Virus record (IMG/VR): IMGVR_UViG_3300006802_000073
Coordinates: 64,001 to 128,000 of that record
DNA from: a virus
Reading direction: 5' to 3' (one strand)
DNA length: 64,000 nucleotides
Under the pieces are notes generated by a model. The model searched no databases. It had not been told where the DNA came from and saw nothing but the letters and a program-made list of their open reading frames with translations. Position 1 is the stretch's first letter; each line of letters opens with the position of its first letter. The translations under genes and the position numbers were made by a program. Below are positions 23,967-34,638 of the stretch, piece by piece.

Positions 23967-23989
23967 AAAACCCCCCTTTGCAGGGGGTT
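23967..23989 (-). terminator. intrinsic terminator after hsp20
   Basis: AACCCCCT-GCAA-AGGGGGGTTTT. Confidence 0.8.
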
Positions 23990-23996
23990 CTAGAAA

Positions 23997-24449
23997 TTAT
24001 TCAGTTAAAAATTCTTTTACATTTTCCTGTTTTCCGATTGAAACTGTTCTACGTTTCTTTGTTTCGGGGAGTTTACGAAAGAGTTTAATTTCTAAAATAC
24101 CATTTACAATATCTGCAGATTCAATCTCAACATAATCTGCTAATGTAAATTCTCGAGTGAAGTTTCTATTAGCAATACCTTTATAAACAAAGTTAGCTTC
24201 TTCTTGTTTACCGGTTCCGTTGACTGTTAACTTATTTTCGATAACTGTAATCTCAAGATCTTGAGAAGAAAATCCAGCACATGCGATCTCGATTACAAAT
24301 GTATCTTCATTAAGTTTTTTGATATTGTATGGAGGATAAGATGAATTTTTTGAAAATTCTTCAGAAATTTTTGTTGCTGTATTCAGAATATCATCAAAAC
24401 CCACAAAATGTCGTGGAAAGATTGTTTCAAATTTCATTTCTTTAAACAT
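23997..24449 (-). CDS. hsp20: small heat-shock protein Hsp20/IbpA
   Basis: SYPPYNIKK, IEIACAGF, YKGIANRNFTREFTL, NGILEI. Confidence 0.95.
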   Translation of the reverse strand: MFKEMKFETIFPRHFVGFDDILNTATKISEEFSKNSSYPPYNIKKLNEDTFVIEIACAGFSSQDLEITVIENKLTVNGTGKQEEANFVYKGIANRNFTREFTLADYVEIESADIVNGILEIKLFRKLPETKKRRTVSIGKQENVKEFLTE

Positions 24450-24477
24450 ATATGCTCTCCTTGTTATAAGCAAGATT

Positions 24478-24510
24478 TAAAAAAGTACCTACCCCGAAGG
24501 CATAGGTACT
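24478..24510 (-). terminator. hairpin/terminator between regA and hsp20
   Basis: AGTACCTA..CC-TTCG-GG..TAGGTACT followed by a T-run. Confidence 0.6.
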
Positions 24511-24531
24511 ATTATTTATGACACAGAAATG

Positions 24532-24966
24532 TTATTTTTGTTTTACTTTTTTACCAAGATTGTACTTTTGGACACAATTCCATTCATTTTTTTCTTTAAA
24601 TGAAAGAATTTTGATTTGAGCCAATGGTGCCACATCATTATAATCATCGGGATTAGTAATAGATAATAAAGCCCAATCTTGTAGTAATTTTGCTATTGTA
24701 TTTCTTCTTTGTAAATCATTCTCTGAGATATCAGAGAATTTTCCATCTAAAGCGAATAGTTCCTTAAAATGTACTAAAAAGTATCTGCCCTGTTTATGTA
24801 AAATATGAACTGATTGATATAATGTTTTATCTTTCTTTGATGCCACACCGATTCTAGATAAAGTCTCTTTTACTTTTAAAAAATCATCAGGCTGTGCCAG
24901 TTTAATCTCTAGAGGCTTATATCCAGGTAGTTTGACGTTAAATGAAATATTAGTTGCTTCATTCAT
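24532..24966 (-). CDS. regA: translational repressor RegA
   Basis: DDFLKVKETLSRIGVAS...ILHKQGRYFLVHFKELFALDG. Confidence 0.96.
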   Translation of the reverse strand: MNEATNISFNVKLPGYKPLEIKLAQPDDFLKVKETLSRIGVASKKDKTLYQSVHILHKQGRYFLVHFKELFALDGKFSDISENDLQRRNTIAKLLQDWALLSITNPDDYNDVAPLAQIKILSFKEKNEWNCVQKYNLGKKVKQK

Positions 24967-25369
24967 TTTTTAATCCACCTTTTCTAAGTCGTTCCTTCAT
25001 TAGTTTAATACAATCTGGCGAAAGAATAGAGCAAACCTGATGAGCCTTTTCAGTACTATACCCATAGTATGCTTTTATTACTTCAATCGCTTCTACTTTT
25101 TCACCCTTTAGCCATTTATTATAACGCTTCTTGGGCTTAATTATATTTATAAGAAAATCATATTGAAGTTTTTTTGGCAAATGTGGTCTAGAATTCATTT
25201 CATTACAACATATAACAGTATCAGCACCAAAACTTAAAGCTTTGTTAACAATAAATGGATTGTATTGTTTCTCGGCCCATTCATCAATCATAAGATCTTC
25301 TTTAGAATGATGAATACTATTCACAAAATCAAAAGGTGATATAGAAGGGAGTTTATATTCCTCAGTCAT
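24959..25369 (-). CDS. gp62: clamp loader small subunit
   Basis: YNPFIVNKALS, NEMN, LQYDFL, YYGYS; synteny. Confidence 0.93.
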   Translation of the reverse strand: MTEEYKLPSISPFDFVNSIHHSKEDLMIDEWAEKQYNPFIVNKALSFGADTVICCNEMNSRPHLPKKLQYDFLINIIKPKKRYNKWLKGEKVEAIEVIKAYYGYSTEKAHQVCSILSPDCIKLMKERLRKGGLKNE

Positions 25370-26319
25370 ACAGAACTCTTAACAGAACAAGAAGCCATAA
25401 TCTCGGTTAAACATGCAACTAAATTGATCTCTTGATCAGCACAGAAAGCAGATTTATAACTATAATCAGCAATAATAAGAACCAGTTGTGGTACTTTATC
25501 CACTTTACTAACAAGCTCATCATAAAGTTTTCTAAAAATACCTTGAGGATCGTTATCAATATTATTGACAACCCAGCTTCGCATCTTCTTCCAATCTTTT
25601 TCTTGCAAAGAACTAATAAGCTCCTTTGTATTCTGCTCTCCTACCTTGGATAAAATACCCTCATCTATATTACCCGAGACAGAATATCTTTGTAATTCAT
25701 TAATGATTCTTCGATAATCTGGAAAATATTTCATTAAAAGAGAAGCAAGAACTTTTTGATCAAACGGAATTTGTTCATTATCTAAAATGAACTTTAACCG
25801 TTTCATGAACTGAGCTGCAATTCTCGGCTTATCATCTTTTGTAAGTTTAAATTCAAAAACTGCTGTTCTTGAATGTAAAGGTTGAATGATACGATTTTTG
25901 AAATTACATGTAAAGATAAATCTACAATTTTGTGAAAATTCCTCCATAAAAGCTCTAAGTGCGGGTTGTGTGGAATTGGGATTTAAATAGTCTGCTTCAT
26001 CTAAAATAATGACTTTTGTCTTACCTGAAAATGAAACTGTAGAGGCAAATTGTTTAATCTTTGTTCGTAGAACATCAATACCAGATTCTTCTGAACCATT
26101 GATAATAATATAATCTGTTTCAAGTTCCTCACAAAGTGCTCTTGCAACTGTGGTTTTACCCATACCCGCTCCACCACAGAGCAACATATTTGGAATCTCA
26201 CCCTTCTCAATAAAATTGGAGAAAGTATCAACCAATGCAGTAGGAAGAATACAATCTTTTAGAATTCTTGGACGATACTTCTCCACCCACAAAAACTGCT
26301 CATCACGAATTTCATGCAT
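25366..26319 (-). CDS. gp44: clamp loader large subunit
   Basis: LWVEKYRP, GGAGMGKTT, ILDEAD, PLHSR. Confidence 0.96.
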   Translation of the reverse strand: MHEIRDEQFLWVEKYRPRILKDCILPTALVDTFSNFIEKGEIPNMLLCGGAGMGKTTVARALCEELETDYIIINGSEESGIDVLRTKIKQFASTVSFSGKTKVIILDEADYLNPNSTQPALRAFMEEFSQNCRFIFTCNFKNRIIQPLHSRTAVFEFKLTKDDKPRIAAQFMKRLKFILDNEQIPFDQKVLASLLMKYFPDYRRIINELQRYSVSGNIDEGILSKVGEQNTKELISSLQEKDWKKMRSWVVNNIDNDPQGIFRKLYDELVSKVDKVPQLVLIIADYSYKSAFCADQEINLVACLTEIMASCSVKSSV

Positions 26320-26336
26320 AAAATAAATCCTCCAAA

Positions 26337-26990
26337 TTACATCTTTGATGTAGGTTCTAGAGCAATCAAATATACCATACTAGTATTCTTACTTGTAAAC
26401 TCACTTGCGAGTTTCTTTGAAAGTTTAACTTCATAATCGTCGGGAATTAGTTTTAAATTTTCAGTAGCAATATCTGCACTAAATTCTTGATCAAATTCAC
26501 CAATAATTCTATGAAAAGAATTTGATGTATCTACCTTCTTATCACCAATCTTCATTGTAACCTTTCCATTCTTTGAAACAATAGAAAGATTTGGTGCTGC
26601 GAGAAGTCCAGCAACTTTAGTAATCGATTGAATATCTTTTGATGTTAATGTAAAAGTAAATAAAGGTTCAAGTTTTACTTCTTTATCTGGAGGAGATGCG
26701 ATTGCAATGGAACAATAAAAATATTCAAACGATCCCATATCATTACTAATTGTAAGACTTTTATCTCCAAATTCAATTTCTTGATTCTCCGAAAACGAAA
26801 GAATCTGTAAAAGAGAATTAAGTTCATAGATAGAGAATTCTTTAGGAATTGTCTCTGCGATTTTAACTTTTGCTAGAATAGACTTTGCCGCATTCATAGT
26901 AGCAAGTGTATTCCCTTCTTTAAAAACAATATTTGGATTGATTGTAGCAAAATTCTTTAAAATTTGGATAGTTTCATTACTAAATTTCAT
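26337..26990 (-). CDS. gp45: sliding clamp
   Basis: MKFSNETIQILKNFATIN...YLIALE; synteny. Confidence 0.93.
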   Translation of the reverse strand: MKFSNETIQILKNFATINPNIVFKEGNTLATMNAAKSILAKVKIAETIPKEFSIYELNSLLQILSFSENQEIEFGDKSLTISNDMGSFEYFYCSIAIASPPDKEVKLEPLFTFTLTSKDIQSITKVAGLLAAPNLSIVSKNGKVTMKIGDKKVDTSNSFHRIIGEFDQEFSADIATENLKLIPDDYEVKLSKKLASEFTSKNTSMVYLIALEPTSKM

Positions 26991-27289
26991 TGTGTAGTAC
27001 CTTTCTCTTTTTTCAGTTCAACATCATGAGCATATAACAGTATAACAGCATAGTGGATAACTTTCAATATATCTTTACGATTTTTTCCTTCCTTCTTTCC
27101 ATATCTTTGAGCATATTTAATAATATTGCCGATAGTAAAACCTACTCCATGTCCATTGTCAATAATGAATTCTGTGGTCTGGATATTACCTTGTGCATAA
27201 TGCTCAGTGTAAGTTTTATCAATATAGTCTTTAATCTCTTTTAAAAGTTCTCCTTCATTATATTTGTAATCAATTTCAAGTTCAAACAT
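26987..27289 (-). CDS. DUF3310-like protein
   Basis: HY...IQTTEFI...GFTIGNIIKYAQRYGKKEG..DILKVIHY. Confidence 0.75.
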   Translation of the reverse strand: MFELEIDYKYNEGELLKEIKDYIDKTYTEHYAQGNIQTTEFIIDNGHGVGFTIGNIIKYAQRYGKKEGKNRKDILKVIHYAVILLYAHDVELKKEKGTTQ

Positions 27290-28007
27290 ATTTTCTCCAG
27301 GGAAAAGTTTCGCCATATTTTGCTTTCATTTGTTTATTACCATCTAAAAAGAAGGCGGATTGAACTGAATCCGCTCTATTACCTGCACGATAATTGACAG
27401 TATAAAGTCCTGTTACATTACACTCAATTTTATTATTTCTAAGCATGAATGTCAATAGGCGATCTACCTCTGGTTGCTCTTGTGGATGCCTCGCTCTTCT
27501 ATACCATAAAGGTGCTAACTGAATAGCAAGTATCTTAGGTAAAAAATAACAATTAACATCTACAAAATAATCACCAATGACTGATTCCCAGTTACCCAAA
27601 CTCTCACAATCATCATTACAGATGAAATTGCCTTCCATATCCGTAATCTTTCTAAGAGAACATGACCAAGTATTAGGTTTAGTACATTCAATCAAACTTT
27701 CTACATGGTTAGGTTCTAACCAATTATCCTCATCTAAATAGATAATATAATCACCCTTTGCAAGAAAAGTCCCTGCAGCATACATTCGATGACCATTATA
27801 ATTATCTGTACCTGTTGCATAAGGTAAAATGATTACATCTTGCGTTAGATCTAGATCAAAATCTGCTTTTGTTACATGATGTTTACCATCTATAAAGATA
27901 AGATGTTGGATATTTTTATATGTTTGATTTTGAACTGATTCTAAGTTCTGTTTAAGATACTGAGAGCAAGTTGTTGCTGTAATGATAGTTACTTGTGGAT
28001 TAGTCAT
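27282..28007 (-). CDS. GT2-family glycosyltransferase
   Basis: LESVQNQTY, YLDEDNW. Confidence 0.8.
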   Translation of the reverse strand: MTNPQVTIITATTCSQYLKQNLESVQNQTYKNIQHLIFIDGKHHVTKADFDLDLTQDVIILPYATGTDNYNGHRMYAAGTFLAKGDYIIYLDEDNWLEPNHVESLIECTKPNTWSCSLRKITDMEGNFICNDDCESLGNWESVIGDYFVDVNCYFLPKILAIQLAPLWYRRARHPQEQPEVDRLLTFMLRNNKIECNVTGLYTVNYRAGNRADSVQSAFFLDGNKQMKAKYGETFPWRKYV

Positions 28008-28815
28008 AATAAATCATCAATAGTTTCAAATAAAGTTTTAGAGGGAACAAAACCTAAAGATTTAAGTTTTGTTGTATCCATATACATAGATTTAACTTGT
28101 ACCTTGGCATGAAATTCTTTTTGTGGAATATGTTTCACTATGGAGGTACTTTTAGTTTTATCTATCACATAATCAATTAACTCTTTAAAGAGATATGGTT
28201 CACCTGTTCCAATATTGTAAATCTCGTTCAAATTTCCTCTTTCGATTACTATATGTATTGCTCTTGCAATATCACTAACATCCATATAATCTCGATAAAA
28301 TCTTCCATAATCATAAAGTTCTATACTTCTATTATTCTTTAATTCTTCAATAAGATATTGGAATGCGTTTTTTTGTATAGACACTTTATTATCATTTTTA
28401 CCTAAAACATTACAAAGTCTCATTATTCTATACTTAATAGAAAATGTATTACAATAAGATTGTAATAGATCTTCCGCTGCTTTTTTAGTTATTGAATAAA
28501 TCCTCGAGGATGACATTCACTATTTTCAGTAGCAGGTAAATCTGTATTACCATAAACAAACCAAGAACTTATAAAGTTTATAGTAAAATCACTACCATAT
28601 TTTTTTCTTCCATTCTCTAATACATCTATTAACACATTTAAATTTGTATTTATATCTAAATGTGGATCAGTGAATACATTGTAATTATGTATTGTACTAA
28701 TCATATAAAGAATATCACTAGATCTAGGTATTAGATCATCTCTATCATTGATCGATACTTGATATCTATTTGCATATTCTTTTCCGATAAAGCCATTACC
28801 AAATAAGTTTATCAT
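28004..28815 (-). pseudogene. NAD-dependent epimerase/dehydratase split by a 1-nt deletion
   Basis: GNGFIG in the 5' part; one extra T at 28498-28500 restores HPRGFYSITK (YxxxK). Confidence 0.8.
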
Positions 28816-28819
28816 AAGA

Positions 28820-29764
28820 TCACCAAACAAAATTGTGTTTATAAAAATCTATTAACTCTTTTAGTTTTTCGTCAAAATTTGCTTCAGGTTTCCAACCCAA
28901 TTTCTTTAACTTATTATCATTAATAGAATATCGTACATCTTGACCTGGACGATTAACTGAAAAATCTAGATATTGTTTTATATCACCTGGTAGATCCATA
29001 TATTGAATTATTTTTTGAGCTACAACTAGATTCATCTCTTCATAATTGCCAGAGATGTTATAAATTTCATTAGTTTCTCCGCTTTCAATAATTGTAATTA
29101 TAGCTGCTGCTGTATCACTAGCATGTAACCATGTTCTACGAGGATATCCATTATCATGTAAAGGTGCTTGTTTTCCCAATGCTAAGCACTTGATGGTATG
29201 GGGGATGAATTTTTCAGTATATTGACCAATTCCATAATTATTAGTTGGACGTACAATTACATAAGGGATATTAAAAGTTCTGGACCAAGCACTGATTAAC
29301 ATATCAGCAGCTGCTTTTGTTGCTGAATATGGATTACTAGGATTTAAGGGATCAGTTTCTACATGTGAACCTTGATGTATATCTCCATAAACTTCATCAG
29401 TGCTGAAGTGCAAGAATATAGGAATTTTAAATTTAGGTTGTTGTGTTATCAATTTTAATAGATGATGAACACCATTAACATTACTATTTAGAAATACATC
29501 ACTATTCATGATACTATTATCTACATGTGTTTCTGCCGCAGTGTTAATCACATAATCGCATTCATAGAGATAATTTAAATCATTAATATCCTTTTTCTCA
29601 TAAACAAACTGTTTATATTTATATAAAACATCAAGAAAATTATAATTAGCCGCATAGGTACCTGAATCAATACCTCTCACAAACCATCCTTTTTCTAGGC
29701 ATGTTTTAGTAATATGATAACCTATAAAACCTAAACATCCTGTAACATAAACTATCTTTTTCAT
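28820..29764 (-). CDS. rmlB: NDP-glucose 4,6-dehydratase (RmlB/RfbB-like)
   Basis: VTGCLGFIG, AAETHVD, STDEVYG, PSNPYSATK, NNYG, RPGQDVRY. Confidence 0.9.
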   Translation of the reverse strand: MKKIVYVTGCLGFIGYHITKTCLEKGWFVRGIDSGTYAANYNFLDVLYKYKQFVYEKKDINDLNYLYECDYVINTAAETHVDNSIMNSDVFLNSNVNGVHHLLKLITQQPKFKIPIFLHFSTDEVYGDIHQGSHVETDPLNPSNPYSATKAAADMLISAWSRTFNIPYVIVRPTNNYGIGQYTEKFIPHTIKCLALGKQAPLHDNGYPRRTWLHASDTAAAIITIIESGETNEIYNISGNYEEMNLVVAQKIIQYMDLPGDIKQYLDFSVNRPGQDVRYSINDNKLKKLGWKPEANFDEKLKELIDFYKHNFVW

Positions 29765-31083
29765 ATTAGTTTTCTAAAAAAACAATCAATATTTTCACCG
29801 ATATAATCTATTTGTTCTTCTGTTAGAACTGGACTTGTTCCATGAAAAAATGTATCACACATAACTTTTGTTGCAACAGGGAATTCGGTTTTTGCAGTGG
29901 TTGTATCCATTAAATGACTATATGCTGGCTGCAATAATAGATTACCCGCAAAATAAGGTCTCGTTTGAATAAGATTATCTTCTAGATATTCAACAAATTT
30001 TGTTCTTGTAAATGGTGCATTGTCTCTTATTGTAAGAGGAAATGCAAACCAACTTGGATCACTGTTTTGTTGTGCTCTTGGTAAATGGAAGAATTCTTCA
30101 TATTTTGAATAAATATCAAATAGAAGTTTATAATTTTTCTTTCTTAATTCAATGATCTTATCAATCTTCTTTAATTGAGCCAATCCAAATGCACTTTGTA
30201 TTTCTATAGGTTTTAAATTATATCCTATTTCATCATATACGTATTTATGATCAAAAATTTGATCTGGCATAGATGGAACCCAATAAGAAAACCTTTGATT
30301 ACATGTTCCACATTTTAAAGCATTCGCTTTAGCACCTACACAATAACAACCTCTTCCCCATTCACGCAATGATCTGAGTACAACTTCAGTTTCATAATCT
30401 TTACATGCAACAAATCCACCCTCTCCCATTGTAATATGATGAGCAGGATAAAAAGAACAAGATGCCATAATACCAAAAGACCCTAGTTTCTTTCCCTCAT
30501 ATGTACTACCTAAAGCATCACAGCAATCCTCAAGCAATAGAAGATTATACTTTTTAACTAGATCCATAACATCATTCATATTAGGTGGATTGCCCAATAC
30601 ATGAGCAAAAGTAATAACCTTTATATCATGTTTCTTTATTAAATCTTCTGCCTTTGTTAAATCAAGATTTAATGTCTCGATTTCTATATCAAGAAATATA
30701 GGTTCAAACCCTACCTGTAGAGTAGGGTTTAGAGTAGTAGGGAATCCTGCTACGGGCATTAATACTTTAGTACCTTTAGGTAAATTATATTTTCTTTTTG
30801 ATGTTAGAGAGGACATCATTAAAAGATTAGCACTTGAACCTGAATTAGTTAGTATACCATATTTTTTATCAAAATGTTTGGGAAACAAATTCTCAAATCT
30901 AAGAGATTTATTACCCATTGCAAGCCATCCATCAAGTAAAGAATCTAGTGCTTCTTCATATTCTGTAGTATCAAAATAAGGACCAGCATAATTAACAATA
31001 TCTTTACCTGCAATCCAAGTTTTGTTTGATTGTTTTTCTTTAATATAATCTGACACAATGCTTATAATATCTTGTTTTTCCAT
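29761..31083 (-). CDS. rfbH: NDP-4-keto-6-deoxyglucose 3-dehydrase (RfbH/E1-like)
   Basis: SFYPAHHITMGEGG (His in place of Lys); GRGCYC...C..C Fe-S motif; DHKYVYDEIGYNLK. Confidence 0.88.
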   Translation of the reverse strand: MEKQDIISIVSDYIKEKQSNKTWIAGKDIVNYAGPYFDTTEYEEALDSLLDGWLAMGNKSLRFENLFPKHFDKKYGILTNSGSSANLLMMSSLTSKRKYNLPKGTKVLMPVAGFPTTLNPTLQVGFEPIFLDIEIETLNLDLTKAEDLIKKHDIKVITFAHVLGNPPNMNDVMDLVKKYNLLLLEDCCDALGSTYEGKKLGSFGIMASCSFYPAHHITMGEGGFVACKDYETEVVLRSLREWGRGCYCVGAKANALKCGTCNQRFSYWVPSMPDQIFDHKYVYDEIGYNLKPIEIQSAFGLAQLKKIDKIIELRKKNYKLLFDIYSKYEEFFHLPRAQQNSDPSWFAFPLTIRDNAPFTRTKFVEYLEDNLIQTRPYFAGNLLLQPAYSHLMDTTTAKTEFPVATKVMCDTFFHGTSPVLTEEQIDYIGENIDCFFRKLI

Positions 31084-31158
31084 ATTTCACCAATATGCAA
31101 TATTTGTTTCTAAGCCTCTAAAATCTTCTTGTTTTTGTAGTTTTATAACAGATATCTA

Positions 31159-32523
31159 TCATTTGTGATTGTCTAGAAAGAATTGTAGATCTTCGGGTGT
31201 GCCCAGTCCCCACATTTTAGTTACAGGAAAAGTTTTTACACGTTTCTCATCTGCAATAGCCTCATTGAAAACGGGGCATACATAAAACTCATTATTAACC
31301 CGAATGTTTTTGCTAATCATTTGCTCTGCATATTTTATATAATCTTTACCGTGTTTCCAATAGTAAATACCGCAAGTTGCATCATCACTAATAACTTCTT
31401 TTTCAGCTACCCTCTCAACATATCCGTTTTTACTAAGTTTAGCATAAGACCACTTAGAATGAGAAGATTTGAAAGTCAATATACCTGCATCAACTTTATC
31501 TGTTACAGCCCTATACATGATATCTTTTGGAGACCATTCAACAAACTGATCACTGTTAGCAATAAGAAGAGGGTTATTATTATCTAGGAGTCCTTTTGCA
31601 AGTAAAGTGGTGCGTGCGGCTCCGTCTGTTATCGTATCAACTAAAATAACTTGGTTATTTGGTGTCATTATGTTGAAAAGGTACTTCAAGTTAAACTTCT
31701 CATAATGCTCCCGCTGAATAATAAAAATATAGTTTGCTTTTATGTTTAGATTCTCTACAACTAGTTGAATCATAGGTTTCCCCTTTACATCAATAAGGGG
31801 TTTGGGTAAGGAGTATCCTGCAGAAACAAATCTACTACCTAGCCCTGCCATGGGAATAAGAACATTTAGAGTTTCGTCAACCCAAGGTTCAGTATCTTGC
31901 ACATTATTAATTTTATTCAGAGAATGCTGTATACGCTCTAAAGTTACATCATTAGTATCATTGACTTCACATACATGAGCTCCGCTATTCCTTGCCCCCT
32001 CTCTACCTACAGGGCTATCCTCAACTATGAGTGTATTTTTAGGGATACAGCCAGTCAAAGTCATGCATCTCCAATACATTTCAGGATGAGGTTTTGGTTT
32101 TGAAACATCTTGATTTGTGACAAACACATCTACATATTCCATGATTCCTAAGCGAAGTAATATTATCTTTGTTGTTTGACGAATACTATTAGTCGCTACT
32201 GCAATTTTGAAGTCCTGCGCTTTCAACCATTTGCAGATTTCAATTATCTTAACATCAGATAGCAGGCTGCTAAATGACTCAGATGTTAAATGCTGCTTCA
32301 GTTCCCATATTTGAGAATGAAGAGCCTTAGGCAACTGCTTTCGCTCTGAAAGTAAATCTAATTTTGTCTGAGTAGTTAGCCCGTCATAATATTTTAGATG
32401 TTCTTCTCTCTCAATGATATAGGAGGGATTAAACTGCCCAAGCGCAGTATTTAGTGTTCTATAATGAATTTCTTTACTGTCTATCAGAACACCATCTAAA
32501 TCAAAAATAACCAATTTATTCAT
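31159..32523 (-). CDS. HAD phosphatase fused to nucleotidyltransferase
   Basis: FDLDGVL, KPHPE, VEDS; IPMAGLGSRF...PKPLI, WGLGTPEDL. Confidence 0.88.
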   Translation of the reverse strand: MNKLVIFDLDGVLIDSKEIHYRTLNTALGQFNPSYIIEREEHLKYYDGLTTQTKLDLLSERKQLPKALHSQIWELKQHLTSESFSSLLSDVKIIEICKWLKAQDFKIAVATNSIRQTTKIILLRLGIMEYVDVFVTNQDVSKPKPHPEMYWRCMTLTGCIPKNTLIVEDSPVGREGARNSGAHVCEVNDTNDVTLERIQHSLNKINNVQDTEPWVDETLNVLIPMAGLGSRFVSAGYSLPKPLIDVKGKPMIQLVVENLNIKANYIFIIQREHYEKFNLKYLFNIMTPNNQVILVDTITDGAARTTLLAKGLLDNNNPLLIANSDQFVEWSPKDIMYRAVTDKVDAGILTFKSSHSKWSYAKLSKNGYVERVAEKEVISDDATCGIYYWKHGKDYIKYAEQMISKNIRVNNEFYVCPVFNEAIADEKRVKTFPVTKMWGLGTPEDLQFFLDNHK

Positions 32524-32615
32524 ATACCACCTGTTTGATATGTTTTAACGTTAGTTTTTATTGTGTAACCCAATTTAGTTCAAAGTAATGGATGTTAAAA
32601 TCTTAACATATCTAC

Positions 32616-33590
32616 CTATCTTTTATCTTTCCAATAAGCCTCTTCCTCATTCCAAAACCTTCTATAGATATCATCGCATTCGACTGGAATGCAGGGTTTC
32701 TTTTCAACCGGAGCATGATTTAGTATTTGTTGATAGTATGCTTCAAAACATCTTTTAGGTGTGTGATATTCATTGTATTCATCACGAAGCATTCTTGCAA
32801 CATACTCATATCTATTTTCTGCTAGATAATATGTTAGGATATCCTTAAGGTCATGCATATCTTCATTATACTTAACATAATTTTTGAGAGGCATATGTTT
32901 ATCAGACAATGATAATAGGTTGTTTGGAGGCATCAATAAACAAGTGTTTGCGCTAGCTAGTTCCCAAATTCTGATACTATCTTGTGAATTCCCAGGGAAG
33001 TGCAAACATATTTTAGATTGATTAGTTATCCTAACAAACTCACCATGGTTTCGGCAGTTACCATTGTCAATAAACCAATTAAAATGTCTAAGGTCATTTT
33101 TTGAAAGATGCATGATATAATTAATGAAGGTTTCTCTTCTCGGATTAGTTTGTCTTCCGATGAATGATATATCGATGTCTTTTTTTTGTAATTCTACATT
33201 GTAAATTGATGGGAATGAAAAATGCATCGGCTCTAGTGCAGCATCAAAAGGAGAATTACTTTCAGTTGTTAATTCACGCTGAATAACAAGTTGTGGTCTT
33301 TTAGAATAATATACTTGAACATGCTCAAAGTCACTATCATCATGCTGTACCATAAAAGTTTTAGATAGATGAGGATGTCTCAATATTCTATTCACATGAG
33401 ATACATAAGGATGTTCATGTAAATAACATATTACTACTTTATATTCATTGTTGGGGACAAATTCATGCACATATTTTTCAGTCACAAAGTCACATGAATA
33501 CCCGCAATTTTCAATGCTTCTAAAAAAAAACTCTGGTCCGGGCAGATGGGAAAAGTAAATAAACAAAAAATCTTTCACTGCAGCCTCCAA
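32616..33590 (-). CDS. putative GT-B glycosyltransferase
   Basis: DISFIG...R, SKICLHFPG, SIRIWE. Confidence 0.6.
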   Translation of the reverse strand: MEAAVKDFLFIYFSHLPGPEFFFRSIENCGYSCDFVTEKYVHEFVPNNEYKVVICYLHEHPYVSHVNRILRHPHLSKTFMVQHDDSDFEHVQVYYSKRPQLVIQRELTTESNSPFDAALEPMHFSFPSIYNVELQKKDIDISFIGRQTNPRRETFINYIMHLSKNDLRHFNWFIDNGNCRNHGEFVRITNQSKICLHFPGNSQDSIRIWELASANTCLLMPPNNLLSLSDKHMPLKNYVKYNEDMHDLKDILTYYLAENRYEYVARMLRDEYNEYHTPKRCFEAYYQQILNHAPVEKKPCIPVECDDIYRRFWNEEEAYWKDKR

Positions 33591-34018
33591 TCATGTGCAT
33601 AGTCTGTGCATACTGCACAACACTCAATATTTTTTTGAGGAATAATATTTGCTATTTCAGGAATAACCAATACAAAGTTTTGGGTAAATTGCTGTCCCGG
33701 ATATGTCCAAATATAACCTAAGCTTGTTATAGTATAAGGATCATCAATATGATAAAAATAATTAAAGTCTGTGGCTGATAACAAACTTAAAGCATTAAAA
33801 TTTTTACAATGAATCCACAACCTATTCTTACGTTCTGTAAGCCAAGCCATATCAACTTTATAGATACCACTATCATGACCCAGAAGAAGAGTTTCTTGAT
33901 CTACATGAATATCAACTTCAACATCATAACCTAAAGAGATGGCTCTGTCAATATGTTCGGGGCGGTTTTCATCTCTACTGGGACCGAATATATTTCCTCT
34001 ATGTGCGATGATTTTCAT
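33575..34018 (-). CDS. GDPD/PLC-like phosphodiesterase
   Basis: IIAHRGN, EN, DVEVD, LGHD, WIHCKN, CTDY. Confidence 0.8.
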   Translation of the reverse strand: MKIIAHRGNIFGPSRDENRPEHIDRAISLGYDVEVDIHVDQETLLLGHDSGIYKVDMAWLTERKNRLWIHCKNFNALSLLSATDFNYFYHIDDPYTITSLGYIWTYPGQQFTQNFVLVIPEIANIIPQKNIECCAVCTDYAHDWRLQ

Positions 34019-34638
34019 CTAATTCTCTTTTGAAAAATAGCACTTAAGATATTTCTTTGCTCACCTTTTCTGATAGTATCCTCTATATGTGAAAAAGACA
34101 AAAGATCAAACTTATGTTCCGACATAAACTTAACTAATGAATTTTCATTGAAATGAAAGAGATGTTCATTCGGACGTCTGTGTTTCCAGTTCTCAAACCA
34201 ACTGTCATTATAATAGTGACACCAAGGTACGCTAATAACTAAATAGTTACACTTCAGCTCACCTACAATGCTTATATCCTCAAAGTGTTCAAGAGAATCA
34301 AAAAATGTTATAACATCAAAATGTTTTGAAGTAATTTCTGAAATGAATGAGCAAGAGGGGGGCAGATTATATCCACTTACATCGTTTCCGTAGCATTCTG
34401 ATATTATGTTCGTGCATACCTTTAGAAAGGCGCCATTTCCATATCCCACATCAAGAATCGATTCTGGTATACGTCCCAAAGCCCCGACAATATATCCTAG
34501 TCTAAGATAACCCATATAGTTAGATAACTCTCCATATGAATCGTATCTATCTATAACATAGGTTTTGTCATATTTGGTTGGAACCTTGGTTTGTTGAAAG
34601 ATAACCCCGTTGTTATCACAGTTATAGTTTGGAAGCAT
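34015..34638 (-). CDS. class I SAM methyltransferase
   Basis: ILDVGYGNG, FDSLEH, EHLFHF. Confidence 0.85.
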   Translation of the reverse strand: MLPNYNCDNNGVIFQQTKVPTKYDKTYVIDRYDSYGELSNYMGYLRLGYIVGALGRIPESILDVGYGNGAFLKVCTNIISECYGNDVSGYNLPPSCSFISEITSKHFDVITFFDSLEHFEDISIVGELKCNYLVISVPWCHYYNDSWFENWKHRRPNEHLFHFNENSLVKFMSEHKFDLLSFSHIEDTIRKGEQRNILSAIFQKRIR